Part shown: in pieces, positions 13,752-29,115 of the stretch
Layout: each line of letters begins with the position of its first letter
Position numbering within the stretch: position 1 is the first letter of the stretch
Source: Mytilus californianus
Taxonomy: Eukaryota
Reading direction: 5' to 3'
Length of the DNA stretch: 64,000 bases
Assembly: GCF_021869535.1 (NCBI RefSeq)
Contig: NW_026262581.1
Span: 51,770,001-51,834,000, forward strand
Made by a program: the position numbers and the translations under genes
The notes under the pieces: generated by a model
Told to the model about the DNA's origin: nothing
Database searches by the model: none
Seen by the model: only the letters and a program-made list of their open reading frames with translations

Positions 13752-14525
13752 CCCTGTTGGTCTCATACAAATTCAGTGTTGAGGGTTTTAAAGTCTAGCG
13801 CTGGAGATGTAAACTCTAGCGCTGTAGATTTAAATTCAAGCGCTGTAGATTTAAAGTCAAGCGCTGAAGATGCAAAATCTAGCGTTGGGTTAAATATCTC
13901 CAGCGCTGGATATTTCATGCATCTCAAGCAATAGAATTTTAATACTCAGTCTACAGCACTAGACATTTTTATGCACCTGTCCTAAGTCAGGATCCTGTTG
14001 TTCAGTGGTTGTCGTTTGTTGGTGTGGTTCAAAAGTGTTTCTCGTTTCTCGTTTTTTATATAGATTAGACCGTTGGTTTTCCTGTTTGAATTGTTTTACA
14101 CTAGTCATTTTGGGGCCCTTTATAGCTTGATGTTCGGTGTGAGCCAAGGCTCCGTGTTGAAGGCCGTACTTTGACCTATAATTGTTTACTTTTTACACAT
14201 TGTGACTTGGATGGATAGTTGTTTCATTGGCACTCATACCACTTCTTATTCATAATAACATTGGCAGCGCTGGACTTTACATCTTCAGAGCTGGACTTGA
14301 TATCTGAAGCGCTGAACTTTACATCTCCAGCGCTTGACTTTAAATCTACAGCGCTGGACTTGACATCTTTAGAGCTGGACTTGATATCTGAAGCGTTGGA
14401 CTTCACATCTACAGCGCTGAACTTTACATCTCCAACGCTTGACTTTAAATCTACACGCTAGACTTTACATCTTCAGCGCTTGACTTTAAAAATCACAACT
14501 CTTTGTTTATATGAGACCAACAGGG
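13752..14525. mobile_element. Foldback/MITE-like element with 21-bp minisatellite inside both inverted arms
   Basis: Ends CCCTGTTGGTCTCATA / TATGAGACCAACAGGG. The 21-bp agcgctg.agatttaaa.tc units at about 13790-13910 are reverse-complemented at about 14265-14490. No clear TSD. Confidence 0.75.
13970..14245 (+). mobile_element. 3'-end copy of high-copy Penelope-like family (repeat family R2), nested in the foldback
   Basis: Reverse complement of 18553-18757 plus 19658-19745; ends in the ...cactcataccac.tctt motif that also follows the PLE RT at 42815-43100. Confidence 0.7.
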
Positions 14526-15570
14526 CTCCTTACAAAAGAGTAACCTAGTTCCCTGAAAGTAAATATTACCGTTCCATCTTGTCCGACAAGCTCATTTCTC
14601 ACACTAAATTTCTGTATGAGGACGTATCTCAGTAACCGAACACATTACTCTATCTTCATGCCAACTAGTTTTACCTGTTGGAAGAGCAGCATTTGCCAAT
14701 TTGTCATTGATTTTAACCTGGGTAACTTCAGCAGCTTTAATTTCAGCACAGTACCTTTCATTATGTAAAACGTACCCAGTGGCACAAGGTACGTTCTGAT
14801 ATAATACCCAGAGTACAACTTGACGTTCAGCTTCATAAAGCCATAGTTGTAAAAAAAGTTCGGTGAAAAAAAAACATGCGTAAATTGTGTTATATTACCT
14901 TATCGGTGTACTTTTGTTATACTTACAGTGAGGTAACATTAGGGTTAAATCAAAGTACTGAAGTACTGAACATCGGATGATCGCAAGTTCTTGTGGATGG
15001 TCACAAGTACTTGTCTCAGAAAAAAAATCACATCAGTATACCTGAGAGTGAGGTTAATGTACAGATATATATTTTTTCTGAGTTCGTGCGTGGATGATGA
15101 ATAAATGACAGGGAATTCAACGTCACCGTAATAACTATTATATTGTAGTGATACAAATCAGTATAGTATTACTCTGGTTTGTTGTCATGTAATATATTAT
15201 ATTAATGTTTGTATATAACAGTTACATGTATATATAATTTTCATCCATTTGTATATCATTCTATTCTACTATTCTAATAATAGTGCAATAGTGCAGTGCA
15301 AGTGCATGGTGGACACTCTTCCGAGCATGATAATTCGATTTTTCTAATATATTGGATTTGAGTAGGCATTTATATTTTCCCGCAAAAAGTTGAATCATAT
15401 TGGCGCAATTTGTGCTGTGTACATATTATTTTTATTAATATTTTTTAATATTTTAACGCACCAAAGACATTATAAACTCTTGTTTAATTCACCTTAACTA
15501 ATATGATTGCTTCAAAATCTCAGTTCATCCCTCTTATTTTCGGTAATGCCTGAATCTATAAATTAGTTAT

Positions 15571-15574
<4 letters not shown>

Positions 15575-15602
<28 letters not shown>
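15575..15602. repeat. (GATT)n microsatellite
   Basis: ttgattgattgattgattgattgattgattgg. Confidence 0.95.
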
Positions 15603-15605
<3 letters not shown>

Positions 15606-15689
15606 GTTCAACACCACTTTTAGCACTCTTGTACTATTTTTCGTGGCGGTCAATTTCTATTGGTGGGGGAAGCCGGACAGCCCGTCACA

Positions 15690-16143
15690 GTGAAGAGGGA
15701 CGAAAGATACCAGAGTGACAGTCAAACTCATAGATCGAAAACAAACTGACAATGCCATGGCCAAAAATAAAAAGACAAACAGACAAATAATAGTACAGAT
15801 GACACAACATAGAAAACTAAAGACTAAGCAACACGAACCCCACCAAAAACTGGGGGTGATCTCAGGTGCTCCGGAAGGGTAAACATATCCTGCTCCACAT
15901 GTGGCACCCGTCGTGTTGCTTATGTTATTACAAATCCGGTGAATAGTCTAATTCGGTAGGTCACATTCGTGAAAAGGGAAGGGTATTGTAATTACGACAT
16001 AAGGAACATATCCGATATCATCTGTGAAACGGTTATTCCATAACGGTCAACCAACTCGTGATGGCGTCCTTGATATTTACGAAGGGATGATTTCAACTTC
16101 ACCATTTGGAACACTTGGTTTAATAGCTTCCTTGTGAGCAGCA
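15690..16143 (-). mobile_element. 5'-truncated Penelope-like element 3' end (RT C-terminus plus 3' UTR; family R1)
   Basis: Minus strand translates LLTRKLLNQVFQMVKLKSSLRKYQGRHHELVDRYGITVSQMISDMFLMS*. Related 3' UTR copies at about 700-840, about 11960-12420 and about 49900-50110. Confidence 0.8.
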
Positions 16144-18402
16144 CAAGAAATCTCGTCGGCAACAATACATCAGAATGCCCTCACGGTCATCGCGATGTAA
16201 AAACCGCATGTTTTCAAGGGAGACAATTTGTTGACTCACTATATTTTCTGTAATCTCAATATTCAATCAACATTCCAGCTGAATTTATAGATATATTTTT
16301 GTAACTCATTTCAGAATACGTTAATGTTTTAGTTGGTTTTTGATTTACTTTTGAAGCGATGGCCTATATATTTTTTTCTAGAAGCATCTGTCAGTTAAGG
16401 TTATTCCGAAGACCGCTGACTTCATTCAATGCGTTCCGAAAAGTAAATTTCAACCAATCAGCAAAATCATCAGTTTAATTTTGACCATACAGACATTGAT
16501 ATTCGCAGACTCAAATGGAAATTATAGTAAAATAAAATGCTTTTAGTATATATAAAACAGGGATTATTGAACTCCTTTAGCAAAAGAAGGATTGGATCGG
16601 GGTTCTGTGTATTCACATGATTTGTATTTCTCTCCCTACTCTTGAATTTTTGGTGGTATTTTCCGACCCAAATGGTTCACCACATTTATTATATCTATAA
16701 TACATGTATTCTATATGTAATAAATGACATTCAATTTATAACATTTTCTTGTTTTATGTACCCATTCCGTTTGCCAGGGGTGTTGCCAGACAGTGTCTGC
16801 TCCTTACTCACCACAGAGTTGTGACCGTTGAATTTTTTGTAAGACAAGTCGATAAAGCGCTTACTACCGTTTAAACTATATACAATGTGAAGGTATATAA
16901 AACAGCTATTTTAAGATATATAAAAGTATATCCAATAGATTTTTCTCAAAGATTGGTTTTGGTCTTTTAGATTTAAATTTGTCAGACTTTTCACACTGTG
17001 ATATTGTGATACAGTGATACCGTCTAATCTTCATCGTAAACTCAATTCAATTAAATGGTGTAAAACTTCAAGTTCTTTTCTTTTCAAACTAGCATGGTTT
17101 CCCAATGACAAGATTTTTATAGAGGTTGTATTTTCATTTCATTATTTTTTTGTATTCAAAGCCTTATATATTCCATATTATCGCTATTTTACGAAATTTT
17201 CCTTTGATCTTAATGACTGATAATTATGTTCTCAGCACAGTAGAGTGATATGAAAAATTATCGCTAGAAACTATGGGCGCACGTGCCGTTGTCAATAATG
17301 TCTTGTGTCCATTTCAAGCTCCAAAATTAAAAGATCAAATGCGCAATTTTGAGTGGTCAAAATTAAAGGATTTTGCGTAAAAACCTTGGTTAAAAAATTA
17401 AGGACAGTTGATTATTATCTAATTATGGTAGATAGTCACACATTTAGGCCATCGTTTATAAAGATAAGCGGAGAAAGATATCGGCCCTTCACAATGAAAT
17501 ATTTGCACCAATATTACAAAACCTGCTATATTATGTGTTGTAATAATAAGTGGAACGTTTGGCCACATCCATGAAATCGAATTGAAAGCTGTAAAAGCGA
17601 CGAATTCTCAGGGCTGCATGCTTGCAAAGGGAAAAACATTGATCATTACCATCAGCATCCAGAGCGGTGCTGGATAACTCGACATATGACAAAGAAGGAC
17701 TATAACAAACTCCTACTTCAAAAAAACTCGGACTACCATTATTAATTCATATTCATAAATTGAAAGAACTCTGCCTATATTACGCAGATTTTATTTTCTG
17801 CTCAGTTTTCATTGTTTTTAATATTTATTTATTTGTTTTTGTTTTACTTCATTTTTAACAGCTTAATAAACGAATTGACTAAAAATAATAAACATTTTGA
17901 GAAAAAAAATTGAAAATAATCATAAAATTAAAATAAACGTATGCGTATTTGATATAATTATATTTCCCCAAAACGTAATATCGGTGCAAATTAATTCTGG
18001 TACAAACGAAGAATAATATAGATCGCATAAAAATCTTACACCACTAAGATTTATTTTCGTCAGACACTTCGTACTAAATCTTCAAAATACAAGATCATTC
18101 CCTGTACTTTTTAGTACTTATTCTGAAAAGGACATGATAACAAATTTGATGTTGACAACGATTCTATTCCAAACAGTTTGTTTCCCTTTGCGCGATGTAA
18201 ACAATGACAATAAACTTCCTATCTAAATACAATTGATACAAAATATATCTCCAAGGGTAATCAATTAAAAACATCCAGCAATCAATCAATTATTGATAAA
18301 TATCTAACCATAACGAAAAATATGCAGTTAGACTTCATCATAAATATCATAAGTTCATGTTTGATCTTTTCAAATCATAATTTGTGTAATTTAGATCAAA
18401 TT

Positions 18403-18553
18403 TTATTGGAATTTTTTCTGTATGTGATCCCTGTAGCGACTTGATATTTCAAACCCTTTACCACATGTGTCACACATGTATGGCTTTTCACCAGTATGTA
18501 CTCTGTATTGAAAACTTAATTTATATCCCGTTTAAAACTTTTACGGTTTAACA
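18403..18553 (-). pseudogene. ZF copy B, 3'-terminal piece (remnant of finger 21 and finger 22)
   Basis: Translates ...[33 protein letters not shown], paralogous to the copy A C-terminus ([18 protein letters not shown]). Confidence 0.85.
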
Positions 18554-20060
18554 GATATAAGATATAAGATGTGGTATGAGCGCCAATGAGACAACTCTCC
18601 ATCCAAGTCACATTTTTTAAAAGTAAACCATTATAGGTCAAAATACGGCCTTCAACACGGAGCCTTGGCTCACACCGAACATTAAGCTATAAAGGGCCCC
18701 AAAATGAATAGTGTCAAACCATTCAAACAGGAAAACCAACGGTCTAATCTATAAAAAAAAATTCGTAAGGGTTCCGCGGAACCCAGTGTCTCGCCTACTT
18801 TTGCTGTTAATCGCAGGCTCAACAAAAATGAGATGAGGAAAAAATTTAATAAAAATATTCCTCTCGATACAAGTTTTTTTATTGTAAGAAGCTTCTGTCC
18901 AAGTTCGGTAAAAATCCAGGATAGTTTATGAATCTAATAAATGTTTTAAAAACTTTAACTGCAGACTTTATGTAATGTTAACTGGAAGAAAAACTAAGTC
19001 CATTTATAAGTAATATACGGAAAAACAGGAAATTTTTTTTTACAAAATTTCCTTAATCTAGATACTAGCTTTTGATCATAAACAAGCTTCTGACTAAGTT
19101 TGGTACAAATCCAGGATAGTTTAAGAAAGTTATTAAAATTTTAAAAACTTTAACCACAGAGTGAATGTAATGTTTCCTGGCAGAAAAACTAAGTCCATTC
19201 ATAAGTAAAATACGGAAAAACAGGATTTTTTTTTTTAAATTTACTTCTGGATACTATCTTATGATCATCAACAAGCTTCTGTCCAAGTTTGGTAGAAATC
19301 TAGAATAGTTTGAGAAAGTTATTAAAATTTTAAAAACTTTAACCACAGAGTGAATGTAATGTTTCCTGGCAGAAAAACTAAGTCCATTTATAAGTAAAAT
19401 ACGGAAAAACAGGAATTTTTTTTTTACAAAATTTACTTCTGGATACTATCTTATGATCATAAACAAGTTTCTGTCCAAGTTTGGTAGAAATCCAGGATAG
19501 TTTTAAGAAAGTTATTAAAATTTCAAAAACTTTAACCACAGAGTGAATATTTGTGGACGCCGCCGCCGACGACGACGATGACGACGACGCCGACGACGCC
19601 GACGGAATGTAGGATCGCTATGTCTCGCTTTTTCGACAAAAGTCGAAGGCTCGACAATAAACGAGAAACGAGAAACACTTATGAACCACATCAACAAACG
19701 ACAACCACTGAACATCAGGTTCCTGACTTAGGACAGGTGCAAACAAATGCAGCGGGTTTTAACGTTTTAATAGGCGCCAACCTTCACCCTACCTGAAACA
19801 ACAGTGTAACATCACAACATAGAAAGACACACTATAAAATGTCAATTGAAATGGCTTAACTCAATCAAAAGACATACACACACACATGTATTTACAAAAA
19901 CAAGTGAACATACACTGAACGAATAAATTTGGTCTATGACACAATGTAAATACAAAATTAATAAAACAAGGGGGTTAGATGTAAAACAATATCAGAAAGA
20001 CAACTATACCCTTGGACAAAATGCCGCCAAATGAAATAACGTACACAGGTTAATAAGGAT
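18553..20060 (-). mobile_element. Penelope-like family R2 3'-end insertion splitting ZF copy B (itself interrupted by a HINE)
   Basis: agatgtggtatgag.gccaatgagacaact...ctaatctat resumes after the HINE as aaacgagaaacgagaaac..., continuous with the uninterrupted copy at 13970-14245. Confidence 0.7.
18761..19657 (-). mobile_element. HINE-type Helentron with about 190-bp central tandem repeats
   Basis: Perfect palindrome GGGTTCCGCGGAACCC (18769-18784) at one end and hairpin ttcgac-aaaa-gtcgaa at the other. About 3.5 repeats (aaaactaagtcc at about 18990, 19185, 19374) and a (GAC/GCC)n microsatellite at about 19557-19605. Inserted in an A/T run. Confidence 0.8.
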
Positions 20061-20084
20061 AAATGTGTTGTAAGGTATACATTG

Positions 20085-22050
<1,966 letters not shown>

Positions 22051-22057
22051 TTTTTTT

Positions 22058-22201
22058 TCATAAATTGTAATCCTGCCTTTTTTTTTGCAAAGTTGCTCAT
22101 CCTGCCTTTTTTTTACTCAAAACTCCTGTCCTGCCTTTTCACAAATTTCATCCTAGCCCCCCCCCCCCCCCCCCCCCCCTAAAATTAAAATGGTAGCTCC
22201 C
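22058..22201. mobile_element. Half copy of the Harbinger-like MITE at the 5' truncation point of ZF copy B
   Basis: Matches the right part of the 45966-46854 element (tcctgcc repeats, catcctagccccc, aaatggtagctccc|TTA). The left TIR is absent. Confidence 0.7.
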
Positions 22202-22839
22202 TTACGACTAACGTATTGTTGTCCATCGAGGCATTTTTAGTTCCGTTTAGCTGGTCAGTTTCAGTTTTTGAGCTATCAAAAGATCTGTAATTATATTGCT
22301 AAATCCAAAATTAAATATCGAATGTACGTCGTGAAGGTTTTTCCAGAAACACATGCTTTGCGCATGAAAGTCGGTTTATACTGGTTTGAATGTTTCTTTT
22401 TGTAATTTTTTTGGGGCGTAAAAGCGCTTCATTCTAAAAATGTGTGCACAATCAACACTTTTACAACCCTACCAAATTACTAAAATAAGCATTAATTTCT
22501 TATAATAACATTTTTATGACCATGAAAAAAAGTTTTATTACGTTTTTTTCTTTTATTTACCTGTGTCCTTTTTTCGCGGAAGCACGTGTCATCACGAATG
22601 TAACATTTTATTTTAATATGAAGGTTAATTTTTGAATGACTCGCGGTTGTTGTTAGCCAATCAAACTAACGGATTCTCATGAAACATACATGTAATGTAA
22701 TTATGCGATATTAATGTATATTATTGTGTCACTGTAAATCTTAAATGTTGTTTCGGTGTTTTAGGTAGATTTCCGAGAGAGAAAAAAAGCGCCGTAGCGA
22801 AAGTTAATCTATTCATTAAGACAACATAATTTGTAACCT

Positions 22840-23900
22840 GAATATTTTCAGTCGTTTTCGGCCGGTTTCCGACCACTCTACAAGAAGGTACAGCATTGTT
22901 CGATTTTCAATTATAGTGTGCTTACAAAGATAAATTCGCGGCATAAATCCGAACCCAGCTTCAGCAGTCGAGTGAAAGACGTTCGGTATCAAATTCGGCT
23001 GGTTATTCGAATGCATCGTCCTTGACCTATTTCAATATTTATACCCATTTATATGAGAGATATGGATTTGTGATAACTAAAAAGTGATAATAATCCGCTG
23101 AACTAAAAAAAAAATTACTAAATGAGTAATTTTACACCAATTATAACAAGACTAAGTTATGAATGTCTAATATATTGTCTGGCGGTTCAAACAATCAAAT
23201 TAATTTCAAAGAAAAAAATACGGTAATAAACTACAATTCGCTTGGGGTGGAATTACATAAAACTTCCTGTTCCGGAAAACAAAATACCAAGATATGTAAA
23301 TTATTCAGCAATACCTAACACAATATCATCATATTTAAAAATAACATTCCGCAGTGGTTTACCTTTAGAAAAAAATTTAATGACCAAAAGACAATAAATA
23401 TCCAGAGAAAAATTTTGGTTTATCTTTTTTTATTTGTTCATATTTTTATTTTTTATAAATTGACTTCTATTTATTTACAGTTAATATCTAGATACAGTAT
23501 GAGGGTAAAATTTTCAGTCATCAATAACTTTGTCAAATCTTCATGGAATTTTATGTTAATAATGCAGAAGGTTTTCTTTATATCCTGACTAAAAATATTG
23601 AAAATACTTTTATTCCTTTTTCCGTATTTTACTGATAAAAGGTATTTTTGCAGTCATCAGTGCAGCTGTTTTGACTGAAGCAATCTCAGGCAAGATACTG
23701 GGTTTCGTGGAACTCTTTACAAATTTTTATGAAAGTTTACTTTGCTGGTAAAAAAATCATCTCCAAATACAAGTATATCGAATCAGTATTTAACGTATTG
23801 AATGGTATTGAAACTTCTTTAAGGCAGAAAAAACAACCCGTTTCGTGTCTAGTTCTAAAGTTCATCTACTCTCAGAAGCATTTTTATTTTCTTTAAAAGA
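22840..23900 (-). promoter_or_regulatory. Conserved upstream block of ZF copy B with putative first-exon donor GTAAGC (exon end about 22926)
   Basis: Paralogous to 8560-9450. Confidence 0.5.
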
Positions 23901-24555
23901 TTATTTTTTTCTTCCAATTTATCTAAATTTAACTTTTTCTGATATAACGACGCAAATTGAGAAAATAATATCAGCAACAGCTTAATATTTTACAGTGTCA
24001 CTTATTTGATTTGATTGCCATTGCTCACGTTAAATGGTAAGTGGTAAGTTTTGTTGTGGTTTTTATGTACTCCTTGGTATAAATAGAGTAAAAATATCTC
24101 AAGCCATTACATATGAGAGCATGGGTATTTAATGTCCAGTGGGTACTAATTGCAATTATATTCAGAACGAAAACATGTTAAAATGAACTTTGAGCTAGAC
24201 CGACAGGCTGATTATCAAAATACTGATTTCTTATGTAATAGATAGTTTTCCATTGTTTTCATTTATCTCCATGTAAGAAGACAATGAGCACCACAAGATC
24301 CTTTATAAATCAACAGATTCAACTGACCTTTAGACTTCTGTAAAAAGTTGTTCACTGAACAATGTTATATGTTAAATATAAAAATAAGGGGATGATTTCC
24401 AGTGAGACAAATTCCATCAGAGACTATAGGACGAGTGGATAAACAACTGTAAGGCACCGTAAGTCAAAACCCATATAGTATAGTTAGGCTTTAAGAACAC
24501 CAACATGACAAAATGTGAAGCAATTTAAAAAAAAAACCAACAACCTGATGTGTGC

Positions 24556-26140
24556 TAAAACTAGATGATTTAAAGAGCCTGGGTCGCTCAGCTATGTCTA
24601 TAGACATCTTTAACAATGGACACTCTCCAACATTGTGGACTAGAAAAAATTCATTTAAAAAAATAAAGTGTAGATCTTGTATTGGTGATATTTTTTTTCT
24701 GTTACAGTTTCTCTCTATCTTCTTTATTTATTTTCCAAAACACAAAAAGGGTAATAAAAAAATCATCATTTAAGGGCAATCACTCCTATAAAGTGTCCGG
24801 CTACTAAGAATTTCTGGATACTTTGACTTTTATTTGTAGATCTTGTCTTGTTGATATTTTTTGTTTTCAAAGTGTCTACTTATCTTTTACAGTTTTAAGA
24901 TAATAAGTATAAACGCAAAAAAAAATGGAAAAATTGACACTGAAAGGCAAGAACTTTAATAGGTCATCTTTTCTTGCTGATCAGTTTTGTTAATAAATAC
25001 CTATCTATTATTAGTTTTCAAGATAGTAGGCAAAACACTTAACACGGGTAAAATCGTCATTAAAGGGATATCAGCTGTCAAATTCATGGTCACCGATTTG
25101 ACTCAAATTTTAATATTTGATTTATAACATACTAAAACGTATATCCAAATTACAAAAAGGTCTAAAATAAACAATTAACAATGCATTGACTCGATAATAT
25201 GTATCAACATTTAACCACATTGGCTGCTTAAAGCGAATTTATTTCACTATATCAGTTTCATTAATGATTGAACAAAAAAAAAATCATATTTCATTTGTTT
25301 TTATATCTCGTAGCTATAAATGCCCCTTTGAAGAGCAATAACTCCAGTAAGTAGTCAAATGATTTCGACCATTAGACTTGTTCGTAGATCTTGGTTGTTT
25401 GATTAGTTTTGCTTATTGAAGTTTTTATCTATCTAGTATAGTTTTTAAGATATTCTAGGCAAAAACGCAAACAAATGTTAAAATCGTTATTAAAGGACAA
25501 TAATTCCAATAAGGAGTCTTCTGACGATTACGCCTATGTTGACTAATTTGTAGACCTTATCTTATCTTATCATTTTTGCTGTTTAAAGTCTCTCTCTATC
25601 TATCATACTTTTCAAGATAATATGTAAATCCACTAAAAATGGGTAGAAATCGTCAATAAGGGCGAAACTCCAATAAGGAGGATTTCAGCCTAGTTAACTT
25701 ATTTGTAGATCTTGTCTTGATGATCATTATTTGCTATTTAAGTTTATATCTAACTATTACACTTTTGGAGATATTAGGCAAAAACGTAGAAAAAAATCAT
25801 TGGTAAAAATAATAATTATAGGGCAATAACTCCAATAAGGAGTCGACTGACATTTTTTGGCCATATGAATTTATTTGTAGATCTTGTCTTTTTTTTTTGA
25901 AATTTTAAAGTTTTTTCTTTATCTTTTATAGTTTTCAAGATAATTGGCAAAAATGGTCAAAATAAAATGTTAAAATATTCGTCATTTAAGGGCAATAACT
26001 ACTGTAAGAAGTCGTCTTACTGTTTTAATTTAAATAGATAATAGGCAGATCTCAACATTCTCAAATCTTTTGCTCCTGTAAGATTTTCACTATTTATAGC
26101 GGTTTTCTAATAATAGACAAAGCTTGCGTTTTACCCCTAT
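24556..26140. repeat. Degenerate HINE-like element with an array of about 8 diverged units of about 165-175 bp
   Basis: Recurring gggcaataactcc..taagg...tttgtagatcttgtcttg units from about 24770 to 26000; HINE-like end aaactaga...gagcctgggtcgctca. Confidence 0.6.
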
Positions 26141-26196
26141 ATTCTATTTTCATCCATGTCGGCAATGTTGGTTGTTAGGCGGGGTCATCGGTCATA

Positions 26197-27427
26197 TTTT
26201 TGTTTCGCCTGCGACATAATTCGCAGAATGCGAGACAAAGGTATTACAATCCAGCTGCGGCGGCGGAGTTGATGGTGTAAACTATTTGTTTTAAGCTTTT
26301 ATATTTCAGACGGTAGAAGACCTGGATGTTTCATACCATGCATACAGCTACCTTATATTGCGAAGTTTTCGTCTGTCATACGTCCATTGTCCTTGACCTC
26401 ATTTTCATGGTTCAATGACTGCTTGAAAAAAAACCAGTTTTTTTTGTAAAGTGAAACACTCTTTTATTACGAGTAATAGGATAGATATATTTGATATATG
26501 GGTTCCTTGCAGCCTAAATGTCCGTCAAGTAGGGTTCACCTGATCTCGAAACTAATGCCATGGATCAGTGATCAAGGTTAAAGTTACGTGGTCAACTCCG
26601 TTTCTCAAATACTATAAGCATTAGGTCAACTAAAGTAGGTGAATGGATTGATTTTAAGGTGTACATGTTCGACTGGCAGGTTTCATCTGACCTTGAACCC
26701 AATCTCATGCTTCATTGGACAATGTTTAGTTTTTGCGGTTGGTCTTTTTGTCAGATACTATAAGCAATAGGGCCACTATATATGGTACATTGAATGGTTG
26801 CAAGGTGTACATGTCTGTCTTGCAGGTTTCATCTAACCTTGACCCCATTTTCATGGTTCATTGGACAAAGATTAGTTTTTTGTGGTTGGGTCTATTATCA
26901 GATACTATAAGCAATATGTCAACTATATTTGGCGTGTGTAATGATTGTAAGGTGTACATGTTTGTCTGGCACGGTTCATATGATCTTGATATATCATTTT
27001 CATGTTTCTTTGGTCAATATTAATATTTTGTGGTTTAATCTGTTTTTCATGTACAACTAGCAATAGGACCACTATATTTGATTAGTGGAATGATTGCAAG
27101 GTGTACATGTCCATAGGCGGATCCAGGGGGGCCTGGGGGCCCTGGCCCCCCTTTCGTGGCAAAAAATTTGGTTGATTATATAGGGAATCACTGAAGCGTA
27201 ACTGGAGCGGCCCCATTTTAAGTCAGTCAGCGGGCCCCATCTTACAAAAAGTTCTGGATCCGCCACTGATGTCTGTCTGGCATGGTTCATCGGACTGTGA
27301 CCTCATTTTCATAGAACATTGATAATTTTAAGTTTATGTGATACTTGTAGTAAAACCTTCATATAACAGACTTTCAACATGAATTCAATGATAAGTAAGA
27401 CGTCGACAGGAGTGTGCACTCTTGTTT
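26197..27427 (+). mobile_element. HINE-type Helentron with about 147-bp central repeats
   Basis: 5' tcgcctgcgac...cgcag.a.gcgagac and 3' ...gtgtgcactcttgttt ends; tactataagca recurs at about 26610, 26756 and 26903. Confidence 0.7.
27112..27268. mobile_element. 157-bp MITE with 5-bp TSD nested in a HINE repeat unit
   Basis: TIR CATAGGCGGATCCAG / CTGGATCCGCCACTG; ATGTC duplicated at 27107-27111 and 27269-27273; the empty site gtgtacatgtctgtctgg is present in neighbouring units. Confidence 0.85.
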
Positions 27428-28399
27428 AAACTAAATATCCCAATAATGATTGTGGAAAAGTTTGATTACATTTTACCCAGTAGTTTCAGAGAAGATTTTG
27501 TAAAACGTAACGGACGATGACGACAGGCGACAGACGCCAAGTGAGCAAAGCTTTGGGCCATGTGAGATAAAACGATGACAGAAAGCAACCAACGACAACC
27601 ACTGAATAACAACTTACTGACTAGGGATCGACACATTACGAAATTGACGGAGTTAAGCATGTTGTGAGCGCTCAACCCCCACTCGTGGTGTAACACCATA
27701 ACATAAGAACCAACTATAAAAAAAACTTTAAAAAGGCACGATTCATCAGATGGGCACTCAGTAAACAGAATACACCTAACAAAAATAAGAAAAATCAAGG
27801 TGTCGATCTAAGAGTCCTAGCAGCAGTTACTGAAAGCTATTTCAAAGCTAATTCCAACTAGGTCTTGTATAATTCATCACTATAATATCTAGTAAGTCAC
27901 TTGTCCCTGTTCTATTGACTGTTTTAAAAAGGTACCAATCATATTTACCTGAATGTATGATCTAAGTACTTATTCTGTGATGTACCTGCTCAGTGAAGTT
28001 ACCACTTTCTGTTGACCATGGTTCCACTCCATAAAGTTATGGCAGTATGTCTCGCCATTCATGATATACAACAGTGAAGTTACCACTTTCTGTTGACAAC
28101 TATTCCGCTCAAAAATGCTATGACAGTATGTCTAGCCATACACCACATAAATTTGACCAAAAAAATCTGAATACAGTTGAACTCGATTGAAATATAGTTT
28201 ACTTTTATTAAAGTGTCACCAATTATGGACATAAATTTTTTAATATACTTTATTAAGCACAAATTACACGTATAAGAGGGTCAAAGGCATAACAATTACA
28301 TGTATGAACAACAATATTAAGATGACATTTACATTCACACCAAAATAAAACAAAATATTAAACACACAACACAACAAATGACCTCAAGTGCCCCCTGTC

Positions 28400-29115
28400 C
28401 TAAGTTCCATAGACTGTTTAATAAAGGAGCCTAAAGATTTCACTTGCTGACTAGTAGTTGGATTTAGAATATATTTCATTTGTTATCAGAAAAATCTTTG
28501 TATTGGGTTTTTAAATCGTTAAAAAAGACATGTCTTAAATCATTATTTATTTTACATAATAAAATGAAATGGGATTCATCATCCAGAACTTTGCACTTAT
28601 TGCAAAGTCTTTGAGGGCGTGGAATATTTTATTTTTTCCAGTTTCAATAGGGAGGGAACGATCACTAATTCTAAATTTGCATATAAGTTTTCTTGTATCA
28701 AGATTAGGGTATGTCAAATAAAATTCTGGTTTATATTCAGTTTTTATATGCTTAAACAAAAGAGGTTTACTACTTTGGTCAAGAGATGATATCTTATTGT
28801 CATATATTTCTTTATATCTTTACTGAAGTCATTTTTATAGTATTTTTTACTAAGATTCTTGCAGGCTATTTGTTTTTAGTTTCATCTTTGGGTTTGCTAA
28901 TATTATTGTCGGACCTAATATGATTTACATATGAGTACCATGAGTATAAACCTTGATCATAAAGTGACTTTGAGAGAGAGTAACACTCTTTAAGTAAATC
29001 AGATGAGTTTTCACTCAAAAGTCGGTCTTCATACAAAAGTGATTGCGTGCATGGCAATGAAACAATAAAGGGGGAATCTTCCTTATTCAGATCTAGAGGC
29101 AATGTTACTGGCATA
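28400..29115 (-). mobile_element. 5'-truncated LINE (CR1/L2 group) ORF2 C-terminal fragment
   Basis: LLKECYSLSKSLYDQGLYSWYSYV and YKPEFYLTYPNLDTRKLICKFRISDRSLPIETG, followed by a degenerate Cys/His knuckle region; frameshifted. Confidence 0.7.

Larger units (their letters stand above)
13300..14848 (-). pseudogene. Decayed spliced coding relic of unknown family (putative exons about 14675-14848 and about 13300-13724)
   Basis: Open frame QLWLYEAERQVVLWVLYQNVPCATGYVLHNERYCAEIKAAEVTQVKINDKLANAALPT ends at AG|GTAAAA. Acceptor acttAG at 13725-13726 is followed by protein-like frames (NIFCKLRDKSGVENYEIILHAGENDFLSIKEKL; KVVKILKGYHYPYGPGNTTVPPKVQAKVNF) broken by frameshifts. Confidence 0.4.

Noticed and set aside
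14219-14461. Heptad-repeat ORFs (ALDFTSS / SSAxDxK) resembling a repetitive structural protein
   Set aside because: A by-product of a 21-bp minisatellite in a foldback arm, open on both strands.
19515-19796. Poly-Arg / poly-Thr ORFs
   Set aside because: Translation of the (GAC/GCC)n microsatellite of the HINE.
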